Shown here one piece after another: positions 19,209 through 27,797 of a DNA stretch of 43,926 bases (position 1 is the first letter of the stretch; each line of letters opens with the position of its first letter). The notes beneath the pieces were generated by a model. That model saw only the letters and a program-made list of their open reading frames with translations, was not told the origin of the DNA and ran no database searches. Origin of the DNA: a virus (lineage: Duplodnaviria > Caudoviricetes); the IMG/VR virus record IMGVR_UViG_3300017589_000255, positions 1 to 43,926 of that record. The stretch is one strand, 5' to 3'. A program made the position numbers and the translations under genes.

Positions 19209-20108
19209 TTACGCTACCTGAAATCGCCAAGCTGCTGACCCATCAAGGTGCGCTGTTAGGTGCTCTCTGCAGTTTGCAAATTCCTCACCGATAAAGCCAA
19301 TTCGGTTGAGGTAGGTTCTCATTGCAAATTTCTCATTGTCAGTTTGTGGCTTTTTGGAGCTTGCAAATTTCTGAGTTAAAGCTTGGTGGTTAAGGGCGAG
19401 AGCCAGAACAATATAACTTCTGACTTTCCCTTCGTGAAGTGTGCTGTTAAACCCTCTTAGCTCTACGGTGTGCTGACCTGTGAAAAAACTGTGAAGGTTT
19501 AAAAAGTGGTATCGACTTGAGTGGTAATGCCGGCTGGTGCTTTCGCTGTAGCCCTCGTACCAAAGGCTCTCAATTTCAGCCATTGTCTTTGGCTTTTTGC
19601 TATTTAGCTTGTCAACCAAAAGGTTATCCATCTTTTTGCAATATCTTATTCTCTCTGGGTTAATCTCAAGTGCTTTGTAGAAAAGGTCGTTCTTGGAGGC
19701 AATTATATTTATAAAGTTGCGAATACTTCGAACAGTATGGTTCGCACCGTCAAGGTGAAGGTGAATTCCACAGCTGCTATTTTCAAACCCTCCAGCCTTT
19801 TTAAGCTTTCGGATAAGCTCCTGCAAGGTTTCAATGTCCTCTTTGTAGGTAAGAATTGGGCTGACTAGCTCAACACTGTAGCTCCTGTCGGCTGGAACAA
19901 TTCTGCCGTTTTCCTTGCGTTTGCAAATGATTGAGGCATCGCTCATTAACTTCCAAACCCTATTATCTGGTGCTGTAACCTTGTAAGTGTCATAGCCATC
20001 GTAGGTGCGAGTTGCTGTTCCGTTTAAATGCTGTGCAGTAACCTCCGCAGCTTTTTCCCTTGTAATTCCTGTAAACTCAATTTCAATGCCAAATCTCGAT
20101 TCTAACAT
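19209..20108 (-). CDS. Amidoligase-family (COOH-NH2 ligase) protein
   Basis: FGIEIE, VELVSPIL, SCGIHLH, TVELRGFN motifs; paired with GGCT. Confidence 0.88.
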   Translation of the reverse strand: MLESRFGIEIEFTGITREKAAEVTAQHLNGTATRTYDGYDTYKVTAPDNRVWKLMSDASIICKRKENGRIVPADRSYSVELVSPILTYKEDIETLQELIRKLKKAGGFENSSCGIHLHLDGANHTVRSIRNFINIIASKNDLFYKALEINPERIRYCKKMDNLLVDKLNSKKPKTMAEIESLWYEGYSESTSRHYHSSRYHFLNLHSFFTGQHTVELRGFNSTLHEGKVRSYIVLALALNHQALTQKFASSKKPQTDNEKFAMRTYLNRIGFIGEEFANCREHLTAHLDGSAAWRFQVA

Positions 20109-20146
20109 TTTTCTTGCCCCTTTTCTTTGGTAGTGTGTTTCTTTTT

Positions 20147-20183
20147 GTAGTCACATATTAACTCTATATCAGGTATATATCAA
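20147..20183 (-). promoter_or_regulatory. Promoter (TTGATA-17-TAATAT) with motif AGAGTTAATATGTGACTAC
   Basis: 17/19 identical to the motif upstream of the integrase. Confidence 0.6.
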
Positions 20184-20234
20184 GTTAATTATGCTCATAA
20201 GATACACAATATATAGGGGTTAGAAGTGTACATA

Positions 20235-20459
20235 TTACTCGATTATTTTCTCGCATAAATCCTCGCCATAAACTACGTTCAAGCCACAGCCATTATCCCA
20301 ACGAACTAATATGGAGCCAGTATCATCAACTCCATAAACTGTTCCTTTTGTTCCAATTGGTGGAGCCTGAACATCGTCCATTTTTAAAAGCTTTACTCGA
20401 GTACCTTTTGGATATTCCTTGCGAGTACGCTCGATGACCTCTTTACTTGGAAATCTCAT
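20235..20459 (-). CDS. DUF4314-like small protein
   Basis: YPKGTRVKL..MDD..APPIGTKGTV.GVDD.GS..VRWDNG. Confidence 0.8.
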   Translation of the reverse strand: MRFPSKEVIERTRKEYPKGTRVKLLKMDDVQAPPIGTKGTVYGVDDTGSILVRWDNGCGLNVVYGEDLCEKIIE

Positions 20460-21078
20460 TATTGACGCCCTCCTTGAAAGCAGAAGAACCAACAAGGTTC
20501 TTGAGCAAATTTTTTCTCATTTCCTTATACTCAGAGCCGATAAAACCAAGCCTTAAAAGATAACAACGAAATTCGTACTTCTCATTTTTTACAGGTCTTT
20601 CGGTAGCATTAACTCTTTGGAGCGTTTTTGCCATATCACAAAGTGCCGTTATGAAATAAGTGTAAGCCTCAACTTCTTCTGGAGTGCATTCGCTGTTAAA
20701 CCAAGGAAAACTTATCTTTTCTTCTGAAATTATTAGGCCGAGGTTGTCGGTGCCTATTGCCTTTTTAATAATAGAAGATTTGCTTGCTATTAGTTTTTGT
20801 AGGTTGTCGATTGCTATGTCGGTGAAGTCAGACTTTGGCATTTCAATAGTCAAGCTGATTTCCTGTGTGTTTTCTGCAACAAAGCCTCTTTCTGCAAGAC
20901 TATTTCTCAAGCTTTCATCCTCATATTCCATAATTCCGTTCTTATCAACTTTAATAGCTCCAATTTTGTAAGCAAAGGTAGGCGCACCTTCGTATTTACT
21001 TTGCATTCCTGTAATTTCGCTGATTGCTTTTACCAGTTCTTTGCGAGCATTACCTTTCAAGTTGTAATTAATTTGCAT
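20443..21078 (-). CDS. Conserved prophage hypothetical protein (often labelled virulence-related protein)
   Basis: RKELVKAI...YEGAPTFAY...NEKYEFRCYLLRLGFIG; C-terminus resembles the amidoligase C-terminus (NEKFAMRTYLNRIGFIG). Confidence 0.7.
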   Translation of the reverse strand: MQINYNLKGNARKELVKAISEITGMQSKYEGAPTFAYKIGAIKVDKNGIMEYEDESLRNSLAERGFVAENTQEISLTIEMPKSDFTDIAIDNLQKLIASKSSIIKKAIGTDNLGLIISEEKISFPWFNSECTPEEVEAYTYFITALCDMAKTLQRVNATERPVKNEKYEFRCYLLRLGFIGSEYKEMRKNLLKNLVGSSAFKEGVNNEISK

Positions 21079-21166
21079 ATAAAAACCCCTTTCATTTTTA
21101 GGATATTACATTAATCACTCTAAAGCCTAAAAATAGCAAGGGGTCTTGATGTAGTATTTTAAAGAG

Positions 21167-23275
21167 TTATTTACAGTTTTGTTGTGTAAATAACACAATT
21201 CCACTCAAGACAAAACATACGCAAGGAAGTGCTACTCCGTTTCCCCACATTTTGTACTCAGCTGAATCCGAATGTGGATTTTGTAGCCACTTAATAATCT
21301 GATTACGGCTTTTTGGTTTAGTACTTGTACCCATAATTTTTCTGTGAGTTTCAAAAACTTCTGACCAGAACAATATTTCTTCTTCAGTCGGAGTTGTTGT
21401 TTCAAGATTATCACACCACCATATTGGGAAACCTTGCAACAAGGCACATTCCTTTGGGGTTAATCTGCGAACAGTATAGTTTGGCTCTACCGTTGTGGAA
21501 ACGCTATGCCCATTTGATTCGGGCAATGCCCGAAGGTTCATTGCAACTGCCGAAGGACCTTGTGCGTTCAAAGTTGATGCAACGCCATTTTCAGCAATGC
21601 CTAAATTTCTTGCAAAATTCTGCCCACAATTAAAAGTTTCTCGGTCAATTGCGTAGATAGGTTCTGTTATAACAGATGGGTCTTTATAATCTCTCGATGC
21701 AAGTGTAGGAGATTTCCCCTCATTGATTTGCATAAAACTCCCCGTAGTCATAGAATAAACTGCGTGTCGGTCGGTTGTATTAAGAGTAAAAGATACATTC
21801 TCATTAATTCCATCACCGTTAGGGCCATTATCGTCCTTGCGACCTATTACACTACCTTGAATACAAACCGCAGGCTCGCCACCGTGGGTGCAAGTTAAAG
21901 TTGGTGCTTGCTCTTCAGTTATATTGCATGAAGACTTTCCCACGTCCGCAGACGTTTGCCTTCGGTCTATACAAACAACAGCTATCCCACCTTGATTGCA
22001 AGAAGGATTTCCACCATTTCCGTCAATTGTTCTTGAAGTGTCAGCCTCATAAATACCACTGTGAGGGTTGTCTGATTTCATAGAATTACTTTCATCAGAG
22101 CAGATGCCATAAGCTTGTGGCACAAATATTGATTGGTCATTATTACAAGAAAGGGTTGCAGATTTATTGTCCTGAATTAAAGCACCCTTTCCACCGCCCT
22201 CACAGCCGCTGCGGATTTTCATAGTTTTAGGTGTATCCTCTAAAGTCATAGTTGCCGGAACAACTCCTGCTCTTAAAGTCGGTGAAGTTTCTTCCTCATA
22301 ACCGATACCACGGCTATTTGCTGAGTGTTCTGTGCAAAAGCCTGCAGAAGTTACAAACGGCTGATTATTTCCACCAGTTCCGTATGTAGCAGAAACAGTC
22401 GGTGCAATATTAATTTCTTTGTAGCGAGTGTCTTGGCTGTGGTTTTCAAACATAACGCAGGGAGGGTGATGCGCCTCAGCTCTAAGGGTTGCCGATAAAT
22501 TATTAAGTACATCTATTCGCTGACCACCTTGGTCGTTTAGGACAATTTTGCTTGTTTCTCCAATGCAAGTTTCAGTGCTGTCGGCAGTTCCTTGCCACGA
22601 ACAGTTGCTCTTCGAAGAATACCCTGGCACGCCTTCGGACTCAAATAATATTTTTCCGGCACATTTATCTGCAAAATCTGCGACAAGGTAGATTCGCTTT
22701 CTTCGTTGGGGAACTCCCCAGTATTGTGCGTCAAGTGTTCGCCAAGCGATGGAATAATTATCTCCCACGATACTGCCTGAACCAAGCCATTTGTTAGGTT
22801 TAGAAATAGATACGGTTTTATCTTTAATTTTTGCGATGCTGTCAAGGACTGCCTTGAAGTCCTCACCTTTGTTTGAGGAGAATGCTCCAGGGACATTTTC
22901 CCAAACGATAAATCTTGGCTTTTCACCATTAGTTGCCGACCTCATTTCCTTAATAATTCTAATTGCCTCATAAAAAAGGACGGATTGTGAGCCAATAAGT
23001 CCGGCTCTTTTCCCTGCAACCGACATATCGGTGCAAGGTGAACCAAAGGTTATAATATCAACGGGTTCTATTTCAGCACCGTTAATTGTTGAAATATCGC
23101 CGAGATGTTTTACATTAGGAAATCTTTTTGTTGTAACTCGTATCGGAAAAGGTTCAATTTCACTCGACCAAATAGGAGTTATTCCACTAAGCATTCCACC
23201 TAAAGGAAAGCCTCCTGAGCCATCAAAAAGTGAACCGAGGGTGAGATTTCGTACCCAATCCTGATTACTCATCAT
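21167..23275 (-). CDS. DNA cytosine-5 methyltransferase with long repetitive variable region
   Basis: SLFDGSGG, GSPC, WENVPG, PQRRKR, RRLTPKECALLQGFP, GNGV. Confidence 0.92.
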   Translation of the reverse strand: MMSNQDWVRNLTLGSLFDGSGGFPLGGMLSGITPIWSSEIEPFPIRVTTKRFPNVKHLGDISTINGAEIEPVDIITFGSPCTDMSVAGKRAGLIGSQSVLFYEAIRIIKEMRSATNGEKPRFIVWENVPGAFSSNKGEDFKAVLDSIAKIKDKTVSISKPNKWLGSGSIVGDNYSIAWRTLDAQYWGVPQRRKRIYLVADFADKCAGKILFESEGVPGYSSKSNCSWQGTADSTETCIGETSKIVLNDQGGQRIDVLNNLSATLRAEAHHPPCVMFENHSQDTRYKEINIAPTVSATYGTGGNNQPFVTSAGFCTEHSANSRGIGYEEETSPTLRAGVVPATMTLEDTPKTMKIRSGCEGGGKGALIQDNKSATLSCNNDQSIFVPQAYGICSDESNSMKSDNPHSGIYEADTSRTIDGNGGNPSCNQGGIAVVCIDRRQTSADVGKSSCNITEEQAPTLTCTHGGEPAVCIQGSVIGRKDDNGPNGDGINENVSFTLNTTDRHAVYSMTTGSFMQINEGKSPTLASRDYKDPSVITEPIYAIDRETFNCGQNFARNLGIAENGVASTLNAQGPSAVAMNLRALPESNGHSVSTTVEPNYTVRRLTPKECALLQGFPIWWCDNLETTTPTEEEILFWSEVFETHRKIMGTSTKPKSRNQIIKWLQNPHSDSAEYKMWGNGVALPCVCFVLSGIVLFTQQNCK
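22537..22929 (-). CDS. Overprinted alternative-frame protein, resembling the beta polypeptide of M.EcoHK31I-type methylases
   Basis: 130 aa, ATG with upstream TGAGGT; motif ESTLSQIL...KYYLSPKACQGILRRA; overlaps motifs VI-VIII. Confidence 0.65.
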   Translation of the reverse strand: MVKSQDLSFGKMSLEHSPQTKVRTSRQSLTASQKLKIKPYLFLNLTNGLVQAVSWEIIIPSLGEHLTHNTGEFPNEESESTLSQILQINVPEKYYLSPKACQGILRRATVRGKELPTALKLALEKQAKLS

Positions 23276-24497
23276 TAGCCACCTCAGAATATTTTATTTC
23301 CTCACCATCTCTCAACAAAAGCACGCCATCAGCTGAACCTATCTGCTCAATAAATCTTTTAACAATAACATCAGCATACTTTTCATCAAGTTCAATAGTG
23401 TAGCAAATTCTGTCCGTCTGCTCACAGGCAATAAGGGTTGAACCACTTCCGCCAAAAGGGTCAAGGACAATTGAGTTAGTTAAACTAGAGTTTGTTATCG
23501 GATATGCAACAAGAGCTATCGGTTTCATTGTTGGGTGATATTTTGATTTCGTTGGCCTATCAAAATTCCAAATAGTCCTTTGTTTTCTATCAGCATAGAA
23601 TTTATGTCCTGCTGTAGGCTTCCATCCAACAAGAACAGGCTCATGGCAATACTGATAATCACATCTGCCAAGAACGGGTGAATTTTTAACCCAAATACAA
23701 GTCTGATGACAAAAGAAACCAGCATCCTTAAATGCGATTCTAAAGTTTACAGTTTCTCTATCTGCATGAAAAATGTAAATTGAACCCCCATCAACAAGAC
23801 TTTCATACATTCCTTTGTAAGCTCCAAGCAAAAATTCATAGAACTTTTTATCGTCCATATTGTCATTTTGAATTGTTCCAGCTGTTCCCTCATAAGCCAC
23901 ATTATATGGCGGGTCTGTTACAACAAGATTCGATTTTTTTCCGTCCATAAGTTTTGAATAAGTATCAAGATTTGTACTATCGCCACAGATAAGTCGGTGT
24001 CTGCCAAGTAGCCAAACATCACCAAGCTTTGTAATAGGTGGTTTCTGCAGTTCAGCATCCACATCAAAATCATCGTCCTTAATGCCATCTTTGAGTGTGT
24101 CTTTAAATAACTCATCCAGCTCAGAAGGTTCAAAACCAGTAAGAGAAATATCAAAATCTGCACCTTGCAAATCTGCAATTAAAAGTGCTAATTTATCCTT
24201 ATCCCATTCACCACTAATTTTATTGAGTGCGACATTGAGTGCTTTTTCTTTATCTTCAGCCATCTCAATGACAACGCATTCCACTTCGGTAATTCCCATA
24301 TCAAGCAGAACCTTTAAGCGTTGATGACCGCCTACTACCTTGCCAGTAGTCTTGTTCCAAATAACTGGTTCAACATAACCAAACTCCTGTAATGAGCGTT
24401 TTAGTTTTTCATATTCAGCATCACCAGGCTTTAAATCCTTACGAGGGTTATATTCGGCTGGAATAAGTTGTTCGGTTTTTAGTTTTTCAATTAACAT
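23265..24497 (-). CDS. ParB-N-domain DNA amino (N6-A/N4-C) methyltransferase
   Basis: YNPRK...GGHQR ParB-like domain; TDPPYN, HPTMKP, LDPFGGSGST. Confidence 0.92.
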   Translation of the reverse strand: MLIEKLKTEQLIPAEYNPRKDLKPGDAEYEKLKRSLQEFGYVEPVIWNKTTGKVVGGHQRLKVLLDMGITEVECVVIEMAEDKEKALNVALNKISGEWDKDKLALLIADLQGADFDISLTGFEPSELDELFKDTLKDGIKDDDFDVDAELQKPPITKLGDVWLLGRHRLICGDSTNLDTYSKLMDGKKSNLVVTDPPYNVAYEGTAGTIQNDNMDDKKFYEFLLGAYKGMYESLVDGGSIYIFHADRETVNFRIAFKDAGFFCHQTCIWVKNSPVLGRCDYQYCHEPVLVGWKPTAGHKFYADRKQRTIWNFDRPTKSKYHPTMKPIALVAYPITNSSLTNSIVLDPFGGSGSTLIACEQTDRICYTIELDEKYADVIVKRFIEQIGSADGVLLLRDGEEIKYSEVANDE

Positions 24498-24500
24498 AAA

Positions 24501-25037
24501 TTATTTCCCTTTCCGAGCAGACAAAAGTCGCTCCATAACATCATCTTGAGGACTTTGCCCACCATAATCTACTGATGAGTTTTCTTTCACAATTGCGTGA
24601 ATTTGACACCACAATAAATTGGCGTGTTTTGAATACTCTCTTTCCATTGATACATAAGGCGAAGCAATGGCAGCACCAGTGGTTGGGTGTTTAGCAAGAA
24701 ATCCAAACTGTGAAATGACCTCCTCGCATTGAATCCAACGAGCGACAGCCATTGAATATTGTTCTAAGCTTTCTTGATTTATTAACTGCTCACAGTTATA
24801 TTTTCTTAACCACGCCCACGTAGTTTTAAATACCTCATATGCTTGTATTTGCATACCATTTTTTTGTTCTGCTGATAAAAAATCTTTAGGAGAGGGCATA
24901 TCAGAACCAATTAACTCATCTGCAGATACTTCCATAACCGATAATTTGCGTTTTCCTAAATTACCCTCCGCAAGTTTTTCAGCAAGTGGCTTTTTAGGTC
25001 TGCCCCCTACACCCTTTTGAGGCCCTCTTTTCCCCAA
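24501..25037 (-). CDS. terS: Terminase small subunit, P27 family
   Basis: GGRPKK start, ASPYV, DDVMERLL; follows HNH. Confidence 0.85.
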   Translation of the reverse strand: MGKRGPQKGVGGRPKKPLAEKLAEGNLGKRKLSVMEVSADELIGSDMPSPKDFLSAEQKNGMQIQAYEVFKTTWAWLRKYNCEQLINQESLEQYSMAVARWIQCEEVISQFGFLAKHPTTGAAIASPYVSMEREYSKHANLLWCQIHAIVKENSSVDYGGQSPQDDVMERLLSARKGK

Positions 25038-25195
25038 CGTTTCACCTTCTTTTCAAAACTTATGGGGTTAATACCCCTAAAACTTATGCGAAAACTAACA
25101 CAACGCCCAGCACCGCTGTCCTATTTCAAAGGGTTTGGAGATTTTTATACCCCCACCCAAAAGAGGTTGGTACTAAATCATAATACTAACCACTT

Positions 25196-25561
25196 TTAAG
25201 ACTTCGACCATCTATCACCCATCTCTACAGTAATGCGTGAGTGACAGGACTTGCAAAGAGCCATAAGGTTGCTGACATCATTGCCACCACCTTTGGAGAG
25301 CGGTAAGATGTGGTGGACTTCTTCAGCAGGAGTAAGCACACAGTTTTTCTGACACTCCTCACACAAAGGATAAGCCTTGATGTATCTATCTCGGATACGC
25401 TTCCACGCTCTTCCGTAGCGTTTGTTGGACTTGGAGTCACGCTGATATTTATTGTAATGCTTGTTTGCCTCTTGTTTATGCTCGGTGCAGTATTGCTCAC
25501 CATTATCGCAGAGCCGACCGCAACCAGGATAAGAACAAGGGCGCTTGGGTTTATAGGGCAT
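25196..25561 (-). CDS. Packaging-associated HNH endonuclease (HK97 gp74-like)
   Basis: CEEC...VHHILP...N...NL..LCKSCH. Confidence 0.9.
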   Translation of the reverse strand: MPYKPKRPCSYPGCGRLCDNGEQYCTEHKQEANKHYNKYQRDSKSNKRYGRAWKRIRDRYIKAYPLCEECQKNCVLTPAEEVHHILPLSKGGGNDVSNLMALCKSCHSRITVEMGDRWSKS

Positions 25562-25581
25562 TGTTTCACCTCAATCTATGT

Positions 25582-25612
25582 AAAAAGGGCACCCACAATC
25601 GTGAGCACCCTT
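25582..25612 (-). terminator. Terminator-like hairpin between late activator and HNH
   Basis: AAGGGTGCTCAC/GTGGGTGCCCTT (G-U pairs only on minus strand) plus T run. Confidence 0.55.
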
Positions 25613-25649
25613 AGGATATTTTTCTATATTATCATATTAACACATATGG

Positions 25650-25667
25650 AACGGACAAAACGGACAA
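25650..25667 (-). promoter_or_regulatory. Tandem AACGGACAA x2, candidate late-activator binding site
   Basis: Direct repeat immediately after the activator stop and upstream of a -10-like sequence, as in RinA/Ltr-type late promoters. Confidence 0.45.
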
Positions 25668-25670
25668 CTT

Positions 25671-26066
25671 TTAATTTTTTGCTAAAAATCTATCATGAGC
25701 CTTGCGAACACCATCAGCTGTATTTCCTCCACCAATGCCCATTGCTATCTGCACCCAGTTAAGCCCGTTGATATATCTTAGTGATAAAATCATTCTCATT
25801 TGGCTATCGTCAACAGTTTCTATGTAACGGTTGAGTGTATTGAGTTCATAAAAACATTTCTTGATATTAAGGTCAATGAGTCCTTTTAAATCAACAATCT
25901 CTGCCACATGCTTTGACAGCCTATCCGTAACACCTGTACTTCTAGGCATTCCTGTAATATGTGAGGTGCAGGAGGTAGCAAGGCACTCTAGTTCCTCTAA
26001 TCTTCGTTGTTGTTCTTCAATTTCACGGTTTAACCAATAAAGCTGAGATAGTTCTTTCTTTGTCAT
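25671..26066 (-). CDS. Late transcriptional activator (DUF1492 / RinA-ArpU-like)
   Basis: ITGMP; RMILSLRYINGLNWVQIA sigma-region-4-like end; last early gene. Confidence 0.75.
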   Translation of the reverse strand: MTKKELSQLYWLNREIEEQQRRLEELECLATSCTSHITGMPRSTGVTDRLSKHVAEIVDLKGLIDLNIKKCFYELNTLNRYIETVDDSQMRMILSLRYINGLNWVQIAMGIGGGNTADGVRKAHDRFLAKN

Positions 26067-27400
26067 ATGCTTCCTCCCTCCACAATTAATATTACTTTCA
26101 CTGCATCAATAAGTGCTGACTGTGTTTTTTCTTTTCTGCCGAGTGCTGACATAATGTTTTCATCAATTGTGCCTTTAGTGATAATGTGCTGAATAACAAC
26201 AGTATCCGAGGTTTGTCCCTGTCGCCAAAGACGGGCATTTGTTTGCTGATAAAGCTCTAAACTCCAAGTGAGTCCAAACCAAATAAGTGTTGAGCCACCA
26301 GCTTGAAGATTTAGTCCGTGTCCAGCACTTGCTGGGTGAATAACTGCAACAGGAATTTTTCCAGCATTCCAATCAGCAATATCAGCTGAGGACTTAATCT
26401 CACGAATAGAAAAACTTTTCTTGATTCTCTCCAAATCGTGCTTGAACCAATATGCGATAAGAACAGGTTTACCATTGGCGGCTTCAATTAAATCTTCAAG
26501 TGCATCAAGTTTTTTATCGTGTATCTGAATTACTTGTTTTTCCTCACCATAGACAGCACCATTTGCCATTTGACAAAGTTTGTTTGATAAAGCTGCGGCA
26601 TTTACAGCATCAATCTCATCATCACCAAGAGAAAGCACCAAATCTTGCTTTAAGGTGTCATACGCTTTTTGCTCTTTTTCTGAAAGGGATTTATAACGCA
26701 TTCTGGCATTTTGAGGTAGTCAGCACTTTTCATACTAATGGTGATATCTGAGATAAGGCGATAAATTTCATCTTCAGCGCCAGTTTTAGGTTTATAGCTA
26801 AAAACCATCTGCTGATTGCGTTTATCCGGGTCAAAGAAATTACTGCGAAAGTGGGAAATAAATCTACCCAGCCTTTTTCCCATATCAAGAATTTTAAATT
26901 CTGCCCATAAATCCATTAAGCCGTTACTTGATGGTGTTCCTGTCAATCCAACAATTCTTTTTACTGTTGGTCGCACTTTAAGTAAACTTTTGAACCTTTT
27001 AGCACTATATGACTTGAATGAAGATAGCTCATCAATGACAGTTAAAAGGCAGACCGCTATTATTTATCAGCCAATCAACATTCTCACGATTGATAATATA
27101 AATATCAGCTTTTTGCATTAATGCTGTTTTTCTTTGAGCCTCAGAACCTACTGCAACTGAATATGTAAGACCTTTTAGGTGGTCCCATTTTTCAATTTCA
27201 TCTGTCCACACACGAGTAACTCTTAATGGTGCTATAACTAAAATCTTTGAAACCTCAAAGCTATCAAATATAAGATTATAAATGGCTGTAAGCGTTATGG
27301 AAGTTTTCCCCAAACCCATATCAAGTAGAACAGCTGATATAGGATGTTCAAGTATAAAATTTGTCGCATAAATCTGATAATCATGTGGATTGAATTTCAT
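26063..27400 (-). pseudogene. SNF2-family helicase split into three frames
   Basis: LDMGLGKT, then VIDELSSFK and LTGTP, then SAGHGLNLQ and QTNARLWRQGQ; breaks near 27040 and 26690. Confidence 0.9.
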
Positions 27401-27662
27401 CAAGCACACCTCCAATCTGTTCTATGTTATCAATGCAGTAAACCAAAAAACCTAACTCTTCCAGTTGCCTTTTTCTTTTTACTTGCAAAGGTCGCATTTT
27501 CTTACCAGTAGCTTTTAACTCCACAAATGCGATCTTGCTGTGTGGTAAAAGCACCAAGCGGTCAGGCACTCCATCAAATCCAGGGGATACGAATTTAAGG
27601 CAAAGACCTTCCATGCTTTTAACGGTTTCTATTAATTTTTGTTCTATTTGTTTTTCTCGCAT
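27381..27662 (-). CDS. VRR-NUC domain nuclease
   Basis: GVPDRLVL...FVELK...RPLQ. Confidence 0.9.
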   Translation of the reverse strand: MREKQIEQKLIETVKSMEGLCLKFVSPGFDGVPDRLVLLPHSKIAFVELKATGKKMRPLQVKRKRQLEELGFLVYCIDNIEQIGGVLDEIQST

Positions 27663-27683
27663 AAATACCTCCAAACTTTTAAT

Positions 27684-27788
27684 GGTGGAGGTCGAAGGAA
27701 CTCATTTCTATAAACTATATATAGGGCATTTTTGACAAAAATTTTGCCCTAAAGGGGTTTTATATACAGGCCTCCTACGACCTCCACC
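27684..27788. repeat. Long nested imperfect inverted repeat, candidate replication origin
   Basis: GGTGGAGGTCG/CGACCTCCACC outer arms, TAGGGCA/TGCCCTA inner arms; directly downstream of primase. Confidence 0.65.
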
Positions 27789-27797
27789 TTTTAGCTT

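Noticed and set aside
25040-25195. Exact cos site between HNH and terS
   Set aside because: The location is plausible (GC-rich patch and hairpin TTATGGGGT/ACCCCTAA), but the cut site cannot be determined from sequence alone.
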